NCBI GenBank assembly: GCA_031415375.1
Contig: JANORP010000005.1
Coordinates: 9,683 to 73,682 of the forward strand
DNA from: Bacteroidota bacterium
GTDB lineage: Bacteria > Bacteroidota > Bacteroidia > J057 > JADKCL01
Length of the DNA: 64,000 nt
Direction: 5' to 3'
The notes under the pieces were generated by a model, which was not told the DNA's origin, did not search any database, and worked only from the letters and a program-made list of their open reading frames with translations. The position numbers and the translations under genes were made by a program. Positions 19,303-29,259 of the stretch are shown here, one piece after another. The number at the start of each line of letters is the position of its first letter. Within the stretch, counting starts at the first letter, position 1.

Positions 19303-19869
19303 ATGCACGAAATTGAACCCTTTTACGGCTGGCTCAGCCTCTACTCCAATGAGGACGATGACAATTCGCCCTTTCAGACAGCTGAGCACGGCGCCTTTTC
19401 ACTTGACAAGGGCGTCTATGAATACCTCGCCCATCCCCTTTGGGACGAAATCGGCTCAGACGGGCTCCTCGTTAAGATCTTGTATGCCAACTATGACGAA
19501 GGTTATGCCGTGGTAGAGCTCTTTGGTGTCTGGAACGACCTCATCCAAAATGACTATCGGCTACTCGCCGAGCATTGCCTCACCTATCTCATCGATGCGG
19601 GCATCGACAAATTCATATTGGTCGTGGAAAACGTGCTCAACATCTACTTGGATGCCGACGACTACTATGAGGCGCTGCAAGAGGAGCTTGAAGGTGGATG
19701 GATCAGTCTTTTGCGACCCAGGGCGCATGTGGTGCGTGAGATCGAACAGTATGATATCGGGCAATACTTCTTCTGGTCAGAGGAACTGGACGAACTCAAT
19801 TGGCGCAAACTCAAGCCTTGGGAACTCTATGGATTGGTAGAATCCAAGATGAAGAAATTGCTGCAATGA
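19303..19869 (+). CDS. hypothetical acidic cytoplasmic protein
   Basis: Start at ATG 19303 (MHEIEPFYGWLSLYSNEDDD...). The upstream part of the listed ORF is low-complexity. No domain recognised. Confidence 0.55.
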   Translation: MHEIEPFYGWLSLYSNEDDDNSPFQTAEHGAFSLDKGVYEYLAHPLWDEIGSDGLLVKILYANYDEGYAVVELFGVWNDLIQNDYRLLAEHCLTYLIDAGIDKFILVVENVLNIYLDADDYYEALQEELEGGWISLLRPRAHVVREIEQYDIGQYFFWSEELDELNWRKLKPWELYGLVESKMKKLLQ

Positions 19870-19960
19870 CTGCTCCGCGATAACGTAGCGCATTGCACGC
19901 GCTCGCACGCCATGCACAGCGTGGCTGCCCTATCCCCCAAAACCTACGCAAGGGAAAACC

Positions 19961-22399
19961 TCAGAAGACATATTTCATTTGAGCGGCAAACGAGCGCTGC
20001 TCACCAATGTTGCCAGGCAATACCGTGTATTCTTCATTGAATGCATTCTTTGCGCTCACTGAGACCTGCAAGGCTTTGGACATCTGGGAGGACAAGATAA
20101 AATCAAACAGGCTAAATCCGCCAGGATGGGACCGATCCCAGTCTGCCGAGCCAGATACCCCGATGTACAAGAATTGATCGACCGCCAATAGCGCCGACTT
20201 GTGGCGGTACTGACAGGTGAGATTCCAGCGGCCGTAACCTGCGGTTGCACTCAAGCGATGGAGCCATTTGCTGCGGTATTTCAGCACAGCTGGATTGTCG
20301 GTGCGGTGAAAAGCGGCTGATTCTGGAGAATTCAAAGCCTGGACCATGCCCACAGCGTTGTAATTGGTGGGATTCCCTTGCGGCCCCACAATGTTGCGAA
20401 GATCGACCTGCAACGAATCGACACCAGGGTTCAGATTCACAGGGTTCATATAGGTCGTACCACCGTTGACATCAAAGCGAAACTTGTCATGCGTCCATTG
20501 CGCCATCGCCGTGATCTCGAGCCCCGTGATGCGGGCACGGGAGTAGTTGCGTGCGGAAAAAACTGGGATCGCGCCAAAGATGAATGTGTCAGGCGCTATG
20601 ACACCAAACTCGATCATATTTTTGTAATCCATCAAAAAGCCAGCAACATCGAGGTATCCCAGCAATGTCCGCTGCCCCTTCCCCACCAAAAATCCTTGCT
20701 TGTAGCCCACTTCAGCAGAATAGCCCTTCTCCACCTCCAGTTCAGGGTTGGAGGAGATCAGCAAGCCACCGGCATTGGTATTGAGGTAGCGCTCGGCGAT
20801 CGAGGGGCTCCTGAATGCCTGCCCAAAGGAGGCGCGGATATTGGAACCCTTGGTAAACTCGTAGTTGGTACCCACCCTGAAGACAGGTGCAGCATTCACC
20901 AGCGTATCATCGATGACCCACTTGTCGTAGCGTGCCCCAAAGGAAGCCGACAATTTGGAGGTGATATTGGCATCGATTTGGGTGTAGGCAGCCGTGTTCA
21001 CAGACTTGTGCTTCCCGGCATACAGCGTATCTCCCCTGATCGCATTGTAGCTCATCGTGCCACCGACCACAACTGTGAGTCGCTGATCCAGGAGATTGGT
21101 CGAGTAGTTATAGTCGTTGTAAAACATCGTGCTATAGTTGCTCTGTTGTGTGTCATTGGTATTGCTGGAGCGCAACATGCGCCCTCTGTAGGAATGCAAG
21201 GCTCCCTTTTTGGTGAGGTATTTGACATAGGGATCGATCGTCATGCGCGTGAGGAACTGCGAGCGCTTGCTGGCTGTCCCTGACAGGGCACCCAACGAAT
21301 TGAACAACGTATCGCCGCCAAACGTGCGCAGCGTGTCGTTGGGGATATAACAATCCCAGAAGACAAATGTGCTGCTGGAATCAAATTTGGCGCTGGCATT
21401 GATGCCCCATGTCATACCTGTCACTGCCTTGGGACGAAACTTGGTCATGAGTTGCACCCGCCCTTGTGTGCTTGCAGAGTTGTGTTTCCAACCCGTATCA
21501 TGCCAGAAATCTACCAATCCCACCAAGTCATGACGGCCTATCTTGCGGCTGTGAAAGACATTGATACCAGCATTTTTTGCAAACTTATTGCCATCCCAAT
21601 CCAATCGTTTGTCTGCTGGCGCATCGTAGGCCTGCCCACGTAAGCGGATCGAAGTCTTGGGTTTTTCAGGAGCATCGGCCATAAGCACATTGATGACCCC
21701 GCCGAGTGCCGAGGAGCCGTAGAGCACCGACGATGCCCCTTTCATCACCTCGATCTGCGCGATGTTATCGGTGGGGATCATATCAAATTGGGCGATGCCG
21801 GCGTCGGGCGACAGCAGTGGCAAGCCATCCAACATCAAGAGCACGCGACTACCCACACCATAGGCATAGCCTGAGCTGCCTCTGATACTCGGCTGCCCGT
21901 CGATGATATCCACACCCGAATTTTGCTGCAAAGCATCTTTGATATCGTGGCTGATCTGCATATCGACCTTTTTGGAGCTGATCACGTCAAACGAGCTCGA
22001 GAGCTTGCTCAAGCTTTGCTGCCCCTTGTTGGCGGTGAAGACCAAAGGGTCAAACAAAATATTTTTGGGCGGGGTCGTCGCCAACTGGATCTCATAGACA
22101 TCTTGGCCAGCAACCGTCTGTACCCGTATTGTGGTATCGGCGGCAAAATCTACATAGCGAAAAAGGATCCTGATTTCGTCTGCGCGCGGCAGGGTGAAAG
22201 AAAACGATCCATCCTCGCCAGTATTCATCCCCAATGCAGTCCCCACGACGACGACAGTCACACCCAAGAGGGGTGCCTTGTCCACGCCATCCACGACTTT
22301 GCCCCTCACCGTGATGTTTTGAGCCACCAGGCTCGCTACCATCCCCATGAGCAGGAGTACCCCCACGCCGACTTTTTTCAATACATGCAGCTTAGCCAT
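19961..22399 (-). CDS. TonB-dependent receptor (CarboxypepD_reg + plug + barrel), tandem paralog 2
   Basis: Signal peptide. CarboxypepD_reg-like segment VRGKVVDGVDKAPLLGVTVVVVG...GEDGSFSF. Plug block DGQPSIRGSSG...IEVMKGASSVLYGSSALGGVINV. Barrel ending in a terminal aromatic residue (QMKYVF). Confidence 0.9.
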   Translation of the reverse strand: MAKLHVLKKVGVGVLLLMGMVASLVAQNITVRGKVVDGVDKAPLLGVTVVVVGTALGMNTGEDGSFSFTLPRADEIRILFRYVDFAADTTIRVQTVAGQDVYEIQLATTPPKNILFDPLVFTANKGQQSLSKLSSSFDVISSKKVDMQISHDIKDALQQNSGVDIIDGQPSIRGSSGYAYGVGSRVLLMLDGLPLLSPDAGIAQFDMIPTDNIAQIEVMKGASSVLYGSSALGGVINVLMADAPEKPKTSIRLRGQAYDAPADKRLDWDGNKFAKNAGINVFHSRKIGRHDLVGLVDFWHDTGWKHNSASTQGRVQLMTKFRPKAVTGMTWGINASAKFDSSSTFVFWDCYIPNDTLRTFGGDTLFNSLGALSGTASKRSQFLTRMTIDPYVKYLTKKGALHSYRGRMLRSSNTNDTQQSNYSTMFYNDYNYSTNLLDQRLTVVVGGTMSYNAIRGDTLYAGKHKSVNTAAYTQIDANITSKLSASFGARYDKWVIDDTLVNAAPVFRVGTNYEFTKGSNIRASFGQAFRSPSIAERYLNTNAGGLLISSNPELEVEKGYSAEVGYKQGFLVGKGQRTLLGYLDVAGFLMDYKNMIEFGVIAPDTFIFGAIPVFSARNYSRARITGLEITAMAQWTHDKFRFDVNGGTTYMNPVNLNPGVDSLQVDLRNIVGPQGNPTNYNAVGMVQALNSPESAAFHRTDNPAVLKYRSKWLHRLSATAGYGRWNLTCQYRHKSALLAVDQFLYIGVSGSADWDRSHPGGFSLFDFILSSQMSKALQVSVSAKNAFNEEYTVLPGNIGEQRSFAAQMKYVF

Positions 22400-22437
22400 A
22401 TCAATCCTGTTTATTCAACACAGATGTAAAGAAAAGC

Positions 22438-22479
22438 AAAAAACCATTCAAGCAATGAACAATGCTTGAATGGTTTTTT
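22438..22479 (-). terminator. bidirectional-type rho-independent terminator after TBDR paralog 1
   Basis: AAAAAA-CCATTCAAGC-(10 nt)-GCTTGAATGG-TTTTTT. Perfect 10-bp stem flanked by A and T runs. Confidence 0.8.
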
Positions 22480-22519
22480 GCATTCCGCTCAAAATGAATG
22501 CGTCGCAGGTTGCAGAGCC

Positions 22520-24955
22520 TTAGAAAACGTATTTCATCTGCACGTTGAAATTGCGCTGCTCGCCGATGATGCCTGGCAAAATCACATACTCACGGTTGGT
22601 TGCATTTTCAGCACTCACAGAGATCTGGAAAGCCTTGGTCACCTGTGCAGACACGATGAAATCGACCAACCCATAACCTTTGGGGTGTGACCGCACCCAA
22701 TCTACGGAGCCAGGGATGGCTACATAGAGAAACTGGTCGATGGCCAATACCTGTGACTTGAAACGGTAGTTGCAGGTCACGTTGAATATCCCGTAACCGA
22801 TCGTACCACTCACACGGTTGAGCCATTTGCTGCGGTACTTGAGCACCTTGGGATTGTCGGTGCGGTGGCCGGGAAAATCATCGGGTGAGAGCATGGATAC
22901 CAACATGCCAAAGGCTTGATTATTGGTTGGATTGCCCTGTGGGCCCATCGTGTTCAGCAGATCGACTTGCAGCGAATCGGCCACGGGGTTCAAGTTCACA
23001 GGGTTGATGTAGGTGATGCCACCATTTACATCAAAGCGAAACTTGTCGCGTGTGTACTGCACCATCGCTGTCGCCTCGACACCAGCCGTGCGGGCGTGGG
23101 CATAATTTTTGGCAGTGAAGATCGGCGTGAGTTTCAGGAGGTCGAGCGTATCAGGTGTTTTCACACCAAATTCGATCATATTTTCATAGTCCATCACAAA
23201 CGCAGCCACATCGACATAGCCGAGGAGCGAGCGCCCTTTGGTTCCAAAGAGGAAACCTTGGCGGTACCCAATCTCTGCGGAGTAACCTTTTTCCACCAAC
23301 AAATCTGGGTTTGGGGCAATCACCAGACCGCTTGCAAAGGTATTGGTGAAGCGCTCAGCGATGGACGGGCTTCTGAAAGCTTGCCCAAACGAGGCGCGGA
23401 TGTTGGAACCCTTGGTGAATTCATAGTTGGCACCTGCCCTGAAGATAGGCGCTGACTCATTTTTCTTGCCATCGATGTTCCAGTTGTCAAAGCGGCCACC
23501 CAAAGTCACATTCAACTTGGATGTAAGCTTGGCATCCATTTGGAAATAGGCTGCCGTGTTGATCGAGTGGTGCTCACCGCCGTAGAGGCTGTCGCCATTG
23601 ACTTTGTTGTAGGAGCCCGATGCACCGACCACCCAAGTGAGACGATCATCGAGCATGCGAGTCGTGTACTGGTAATCGTTGTAAAACATCGAGTTGTTGC
23701 TGCTCTGCCCCGTATCGTTGGTGTTCTTGGTTTTCATGTAGCGACCACGGTAGGAGTGTACATTGTTGGCCTTGGTGAGGTATTTGATGTACGGATCCAC
23801 TGTGAAGCGCAAGTTGAACTGCTGGCGGGCCGAGTTGGCCCCCGATAGGGCGCCGAGAGAATTCACGCGTGGGGTGCTGCTGGCAAATGCAAAGAATGTG
23901 TCAGCAGGATGATAGGAATCCCAGAAGAGGAATGTGCTTGTGGAGTCAAATTTTGTGCTCGCATTCACCCCCCAAGTCATGCCTGGCACAGCAGCCGGCC
24001 TGAACTTGGTCATGATCTGTGCACGCCCTAGGGTCGAGCTCGTGCCATAGCGCCAACCGCTTTCCTTCCAGAAGTCACCGAGCACGACGAGGTCATGACG
24101 ACCACCAAACTTGTGGGAATGGAAAACGTTGATACCCGCATTTTTTGCAAACTTGCTGCCGTCCCAGTCGAGCGTCTTGTCATAGGGCGCATCGTAGGCA
24201 GCCCCACGCAGACGAATCGACGTCTTAGGCTTGTCGGGGGCATCGGCCATGATCACGTTGATCGCGCCGCCCAATGCACTCGAGCCATACAAAACCGAGC
24301 TCGCACCCTTCATGACCTCGATCTGCGCAATGTTGTCGGTCGGGATGAGGTCAAACTGCACATAAGACGCATCTGGAGACAACAAAGGCAATCCGTCGAG
24401 CATCACCATCACGCGGCTACCCACGCCATAGGCATAGCCCGAGCTACCCCTGATATTGGGTTGACCATCGATGATATCGACGCCTGAGTTTTGCTGCAAA
24501 GCATCCTTGATATCGCTGGAGATTTGGAGATCGACCTTCTGCTGGCCGATTACATCCATTGACGTGGTGAGACCTGCGAGGTTTTGCTCATGCTTGCCAG
24601 CCGTGATCACGAGGACATCGATCGTGATGTCTTTCTTTTGTCCCAATAACATTTCGATTTCGTAATCGTTTTTGCCGGGTTCGGTGGTCAGGGTGATTGT
24701 AGAATCCATCCCGCTATATTGAAATCGGATGTCGATCGTAGGGGCCGATTTCGTTGTAAAACGAAACGCACCATCCTCATCGGTCTCTGCCACCCGTTCC
24801 AGCCCCACGATCACAGTCGCTGCTTCCAGCGGCTCTTCAGAGTTGATATCAAGCAACTTACCCTTCACGTTCACCTGTGCCTTGAGGCTCAAGGTACCAA
24901 GGAAAAGCCCAAAAATCATTCGCCCAAATAACTTCATGGTTCTACCACTTGCCAT
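22520..24955 (-). CDS. TonB-dependent receptor (CarboxypepD_reg + plug + barrel), tandem paralog 1
   Basis: Collinear with 19961..22399, with near-identical plug blocks (DALQQNSGVDIIDGQPNIRGSSGYAYGVGSRV...IEVMKGASSVLYGSSALGGAINV). It ends in QMKYVF. ATG 24937 (MKLFGRMIFGLFLG...) is an alternative start. Confidence 0.9.
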   Translation of the reverse strand: MASGRTMKLFGRMIFGLFLGTLSLKAQVNVKGKLLDINSEEPLEAATVIVGLERVAETDEDGAFRFTTKSAPTIDIRFQYSGMDSTITLTTEPGKNDYEIEMLLGQKKDITIDVLVITAGKHEQNLAGLTTSMDVIGQQKVDLQISSDIKDALQQNSGVDIIDGQPNIRGSSGYAYGVGSRVMVMLDGLPLLSPDASYVQFDLIPTDNIAQIEVMKGASSVLYGSSALGGAINVIMADAPDKPKTSIRLRGAAYDAPYDKTLDWDGSKFAKNAGINVFHSHKFGGRHDLVVLGDFWKESGWRYGTSSTLGRAQIMTKFRPAAVPGMTWGVNASTKFDSTSTFLFWDSYHPADTFFAFASSTPRVNSLGALSGANSARQQFNLRFTVDPYIKYLTKANNVHSYRGRYMKTKNTNDTGQSSNNSMFYNDYQYTTRMLDDRLTWVVGASGSYNKVNGDSLYGGEHHSINTAAYFQMDAKLTSKLNVTLGGRFDNWNIDGKKNESAPIFRAGANYEFTKGSNIRASFGQAFRSPSIAERFTNTFASGLVIAPNPDLLVEKGYSAEIGYRQGFLFGTKGRSLLGYVDVAAFVMDYENMIEFGVKTPDTLDLLKLTPIFTAKNYAHARTAGVEATAMVQYTRDKFRFDVNGGITYINPVNLNPVADSLQVDLLNTMGPQGNPTNNQAFGMLVSMLSPDDFPGHRTDNPKVLKYRSKWLNRVSGTIGYGIFNVTCNYRFKSQVLAIDQFLYVAIPGSVDWVRSHPKGYGLVDFIVSAQVTKAFQISVSAENATNREYVILPGIIGEQRNFNVQMKYVF

Positions 24956-24984
24956 AGAAATTCTAGTTTTGATCCAACGATACT

Positions 24985-25037
24985 ACAAAAAAGGAAAGAA
25001 CCACCCAAATTTCTTTCGAAATCGGAGTGGTTCTTTC
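24985..25037 (-). terminator. rho-independent terminator of the 25058..25837 gene
   Basis: GAAAGAACCAC (24994..25004) pairs with GTGGTTCTTTC (25027..25037). On the minus strand it is followed by CTTTTTTG. Confidence 0.6.
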
Positions 25038-25057
25038 AAGAAGGCCAAAGCCTAAAA

Positions 25058-25837
25058 TTAGCGGACGCTCGCGAATTTCTTGGTCTGGACAAACTCACCA
25101 TCGTTGATCGAGAGTTTCAAGAGGTAGGTGCCGGTCGCCAAATTTTTGGAGTCGATCACCACTTCCTGGCTGCCAGTACGCTCCATGCCATTGCTGAGCA
25201 CAGCCACTTCGCGGCCGAGCAGGTCCATCACGCTTACTTTGACGACAGCATCGCTGTTCAAGGTATAACGCACAGTTGCTTGGCCAGCCACTGGGTTTGG
25301 AGCAATGTTCAAACCAGCATTGGCAAAGGGGGATGTAGCCGCAATCGAGGTGCCGATGCGATAATAGACAGAAATATCTTGTGGGATGGATTGCACGCCT
25401 ACAAAAGGCACCGTCACATAAGCCACACCTGTCACGATGATCGAGTCATACAATGGATAGCCAGTGCTTTGAGCAGTAGGTGTACCATAGATTTTCACGC
25501 AACCACGTGTCAAGTTTGGTGGGTTGCTCACGTAGTGGCACAAAGGGTGGTTTTGGTTGCACTCCCAGTTGAGGCCAGATGGAATCATCGTCACTTGGCT
25601 CACCAAAAAGCTATCAAAAGCCAATGTGAAACCAAACAAGACGGTGTCCACTGGAAACACAAACTGCACGACTTGCTGTACAGCAGTATTCACTATCATG
25701 TCTAGCAAGGTATCGCTTGGATAGATACCAGGGGATGTATATTGTGGATCGACCACGCATACTTGTGCATTGGCAGTCGTAAATTGGCTCAGCATCAAAG
25801 CCACAAGCGCAAAAGAGAGTAGTATAATTTTCTTCAT
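25058..25837 (-). CDS. small T9SS cargo (unknown ~170-aa Cys-containing domain + CTD), paralog 1
   Basis: Start at ATG 25837 (MKKIILLSFALVALMLSQFTTANA). The mature domain starts QVCVVDPQYTSPGIYPSDTL... The C-terminus LNIAPNPVAGQATVRYTL...GTYLLKLSINDGEFVQTKKF is a T9SS type-A CTD. Confidence 0.8.
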   Translation of the reverse strand: MKKIILLSFALVALMLSQFTTANAQVCVVDPQYTSPGIYPSDTLLDMIVNTAVQQVVQFVFPVDTVLFGFTLAFDSFLVSQVTMIPSGLNWECNQNHPLCHYVSNPPNLTRGCVKIYGTPTAQSTGYPLYDSIIVTGVAYVTVPFVGVQSIPQDISVYYRIGTSIAATSPFANAGLNIAPNPVAGQATVRYTLNSDAVVKVSVMDLLGREVAVLSNGMERTGSQEVVIDSKNLATGTYLLKLSINDGEFVQTKKFASVR

Positions 25838-26052
25838 AACCTTAAACATACCGTTGTTAATACCCATATTGAGCTTGCAAGTTAGGCCATTTCTTTTGGA
25901 ATTACAACTTTTGAGGCGAATGCAACCCTGCGTTTCGTCATGGAACCATCCCCAACAAGCCGCTTCATATTCCCTCTAAAACGAGTTTGACGATTGCCCC
26001 ATTGAAACAATACCTTTCCACAATGGTTCTCACCTGCAAAAATTAGATTTCT

Positions 26053-26520
26053 ATGTCCTCCCTCGCACTTGGCGCCCAAGCCCCCGACTTCACGCTCACC
26101 GACCAATATGGTCGGCAGCAGCAACTGTCCACGCTCCTCAAAACCAAAGCCGTGGTACTCTATTTTTATCCCAAAGACGGGACTTATGGCTGCACCAAAG
26201 AGGCTTGTGCATTCAGGGACAGTTATGAGGATTTCACCGACCTCGGGGCCGAGGTGATCGGCGTGAGTGCCGATCCGATAGATTCACACAAGACATTCAA
26301 CGATCAGCACCAATTGCCTTTCCTGCTCCTGAGCGACCCCGACCGCAGTGTACACAAGCTGTATGGTGTGGACAAAGGTTTTTTTGGCCTCGTGAGCGCC
26401 CGCATCACCTTTGTGATCGACCAAAAAGCGATCGTGCGCAAGACCTTTGACTCCTTGATGGACTTCAAAGGACATGTCACGGAGAGTTTGTCGATTTTGA
26501 AGGGATTGAAAGGCAGCTGA
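26053..26520 (+). CDS. bcp: thiol peroxidase / peroxiredoxin Bcp (PrxQ)
   Basis: YFYPKDGTYGCTKEACAFRD peroxidatic-Cys block, with the length and layout of BCP-type peroxiredoxins. Confidence 0.9.
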   Translation: MSSLALGAQAPDFTLTDQYGRQQQLSTLLKTKAVVLYFYPKDGTYGCTKEACAFRDSYEDFTDLGAEVIGVSADPIDSHKTFNDQHQLPFLLLSDPDRSVHKLYGVDKGFFGLVSARITFVIDQKAIVRKTFDSLMDFKGHVTESLSILKGLKGS

Positions 26521-26556
26521 GGCGAGGCCCCAACGGTAAAAATGGAGGCTCGCCGC

Positions 26557-27339
26557 CTAAAGCTTCATGAACCTTCGCAACACACGCAGATTACCTGCCT
26601 GTAACCGGAGAAGATAGGCACCCGAAGGCCAGTCTTCAGTATTGAGATGTACCTGATGGCTTCCAGTACCTTGCATTCCTAAATTTTGTGTCCACACAAT
26701 TCGGCCCAACATATCGGTAAAGTATGCATCGACCCTATGCCTAGCTCCCAGCTCGTAATCTATCGTTACGGCATCGGAGGCTGGATTGGGAGACAATTGC
26801 AATTTCAAAGGGAAATCATTTTGCAATTCCTCAGAAAGCACAATGGCTGGGTTGCCTACCCTGTAGTAAATTGACATGGTATCCAAATAGGATAGAATGG
26901 CCGTAAAGGGTGTTTCGACATACACTTCCAAAAATAGAAGCATCGTGTCATAATCGGGATAGCTTGGCGAGAATCCCAAGGGGATGCCATTGGAAATTGA
27001 GAGGCAAAGACGGACGAACCCACTACTGTCACGAATTGCAATGCAATTTGGAGCTGAAGTCTGGCAAGCAAACTGCAGACCAGGCATCAACCCGGCAACA
27101 TTGGTGATATGGATACTGTCGATAGGAATCGTGAATCCCAAAGAAACGGTGTCTCCAGGTCTCACGATTTGAAGCACCTGCGTCCCGAGGATGGCACCAT
27201 CGATCTCCAAGGTATCCGAAGGCAAGATGACCTCCATCGTGTCGGTCGAATTGGGAACGCAAAGCTGACCCAGCAAATTTCCACCAAAACCCAACATCAA
27301 CAACACGACCAAATGAACAGGCATTCTCATAGCATTCAA
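26557..27339 (-). CDS. small T9SS cargo, paralog 2 of 25058..25837
   Basis: Signal peptide. The mature domain starts QLCVPNSTDTMEVILPSDTL... and is collinear with paralog 1 (shared Cys spacing, ...YYR.G...). The C-terminal LQLSPNPASDAVTIDYEL...GAYLLRLQAGN is a CTD. Confidence 0.8.
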   Translation of the reverse strand: MNAMRMPVHLVVLLMLGFGGNLLGQLCVPNSTDTMEVILPSDTLEIDGAILGTQVLQIVRPGDTVSLGFTIPIDSIHITNVAGLMPGLQFACQTSAPNCIAIRDSSGFVRLCLSISNGIPLGFSPSYPDYDTMLLFLEVYVETPFTAILSYLDTMSIYYRVGNPAIVLSEELQNDFPLKLQLSPNPASDAVTIDYELGARHRVDAYFTDMLGRIVWTQNLGMQGTGSHQVHLNTEDWPSGAYLLRLQAGNLRVLRRFMKL

Positions 27340-27406
27340 TTTAAATGTAATGTCGCAAACAAAAACGCCACCTACAACAATTGGTATCTCGCTCTACCCA
27401 ACACCC

Positions 27407-27787
27407 TCAAAACAACCCCCACCACTTCTTGCGCACCTTTCTCGGAAACCCGACATAGGTTCCCTCGGGATGAACCTGCACGGGGAATGATTCAACTGCA
27501 TACCCCTCCCCTGCAGCGCTTTTGCCATCTTCCACGCAAAATTTGAAGCGATGCCATGGACAGACCAAATGGCCATTTTCATCGACATGACCTTGGTGCA
27601 GCGGGCCACCTGCATGTGGGCAGCGGTCGCGCATCGCATACAATTGCGCGCCCTTGCGCACAAGGCACAGGCGCACGCCATTCACGACCACAGCGGCAGC
27701 CTTGCCATCGGCCACATACTTGTGGCCCATCATGCTCAGCTCTTGCACACGCACCCATTCAGTTTCGGGATCCAATTCGTCGATCAT
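27407..27787 (-). CDS. small Rieske [2Fe-2S] domain protein
   Basis: CPHAGGPL...CPWHRFKF is the CxH...CxxH Rieske motif. Only the last 126 codons of the listed 303-aa ORF look real. ATG 27787 overlaps the TGA of the upstream gene (ATGA). Confidence 0.75.
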   Translation of the reverse strand: MIDELDPETEWVRVQELSMMGHKYVADGKAAAVVVNGVRLCLVRKGAQLYAMRDRCPHAGGPLHQGHVDENGHLVCPWHRFKFCVEDGKSAAGEGYAVESFPVQVHPEGTYVGFPRKVRKKWWGLF

Positions 27788-28962
27788 GCGATGGTATGTT
27801 GCGATTGGAGGGAATTGATTTTTTCTTGGGGATAACCGAGCAGTCCTTGCAGCACCGCCACAGTATCGGCCCCTAGCGTGGGCGGCTCCTGCAATTGGAG
27901 CCCATCCATGCCTGAGAGTGCGACAGTGCGCAAGCCCCGCCGCGTGTCGCCTATGAGCATGAGCGCATCTGCCTGTGGTTGTGCGCAGGCCTCGCGCATG
28001 TCCTGCACAGGGCCCGCTGGCACGCGTGCCGCATGCAGCTCCGCGAGCAACGCATCGCGTGAACGCGTAGCGATCGCCCCTGCGAGTGCCTGATTGAGCG
28101 CGACGCGGTTGCGCACACGGTCGGCATTGTGTGCGTAGTCGGTTGCTTGCGCCAGCGCGTGCAGCTCCAAGCAGCTGCACAGTTGCGCAAACTGGGCATC
28201 GTTGCCGATGGCCAGCACGATGTCGCGGCCATCGGCCGTGGGGTAGATCGTGCCATAAGGCACGATATTGGGATGCTCGGAGCCGATGCGTTGCGGCACG
28301 TGCCCCGCCACCAGCCAATTGGAGGCTTGATTGGCAAGGCTAGCCAGACCAGCCGCCAGCAGATTGGTCGAGACATGCGTGCCGCGCCCAGTTTGGGCGC
28401 GGGTGAGCAATGCGAGCAGAATGCCCTCCTTGAGCTGATGCGCCGCGAGCAGATCCATGAGTGCGACAGGCATCTTGATCGGCCCGGTATCGGGCTGACC
28501 ATTCATATATGTGAAGCCAGCCTCGGCTTGAATGATCGCATCAAAACCCACACGGGGATCGTCATCGCCGTAGGCGGTGAGATCGGCATAGATGAGCCGA
28601 GGATTCAATGCCATCAAGGTCGCGGCATCGACCTCGAGCTTGCTGGCATCGCCTGGCTTGTAGCTTGCAATCACGATGTCGGCCCGCTGGGCCAGTTCAT
28701 GGATGATCGCACGGCCAGCTGCTTGCCGCAGATCGATACCCAGCGATTCCTTTCCCCAATTGACCGCACAAAAATAGGCAGGTCGATCGTCGGTCAGGCT
28801 CTCGGAACCCAGCTTCCAGTTGCGGGTCACGTCGCCGCCAGCGGCAAAGTGCTCGACCTTGACCACACGCGCCCCGAGCTCGGCCAAAAACATGCCCACA
28901 GATGGCCCTGCAAGCACTGAGGCTAGCTCCACCACCAATAAGTCTTTGAGTGTATCCTTCAT
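27784..28962 (-). CDS. family III CoA-transferase (CaiB/BaiF/Frc-like)
   Basis: The N-terminus LLVVELASVLAGPSVGMFLAELGARVVKVE...GDVTRNW and the overall ~390-aa layout are typical of family III CoA-transferases. Confidence 0.8.
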   Translation of the reverse strand: MKDTLKDLLVVELASVLAGPSVGMFLAELGARVVKVEHFAAGGDVTRNWKLGSESLTDDRPAYFCAVNWGKESLGIDLRQAAGRAIIHELAQRADIVIASYKPGDASKLEVDAATLMALNPRLIYADLTAYGDDDPRVGFDAIIQAEAGFTYMNGQPDTGPIKMPVALMDLLAAHQLKEGILLALLTRAQTGRGTHVSTNLLAAGLASLANQASNWLVAGHVPQRIGSEHPNIVPYGTIYPTADGRDIVLAIGNDAQFAQLCSCLELHALAQATDYAHNADRVRNRVALNQALAGAIATRSRDALLAELHAARVPAGPVQDMREACAQPQADALMLIGDTRRGLRTVALSGMDGLQLQEPPTLGADTVAVLQGLLGYPQEKINSLQSQHTIA

Positions 28963-29259
28963 TTACTTGATTCAAAATGTAAATTTGACGATCGCCGCGA
29001 AATAATGCGCGATTTCTTCTCGGCCCGCCGCCTTCATCCTGCAAAACAGGACGCGCGCGTGCCTCACAAGGCAACCCTCTTGCGGCGCAAATTGCTGACA
29101 AGAGTAATCACCAGGCCTGTTTTGAGATTTCTGCATGACTTACCATCAATTTTGTACCGCTGGATCACTCAATTTTTGTCTTGAAAGCTGATAAATCTGC
29201 TTTAATTTGGCGTTCCCGATCTCATAAATCCTTTTTTGCATTGCTGGATTGCAAACGAT

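Noticed and set aside
27788-28318. The N-terminal 177 codons of the listed 303-aa ORF 27407..28318 (MAGGGARAATHRLRASQYRALWHD...).
   Set aside because: This part is Arg/Ala/His-rich nonsense overlapping the CoA-transferase gene in another frame. Only the last 126 codons, from ATG 27787, encode a coherent Rieske domain.
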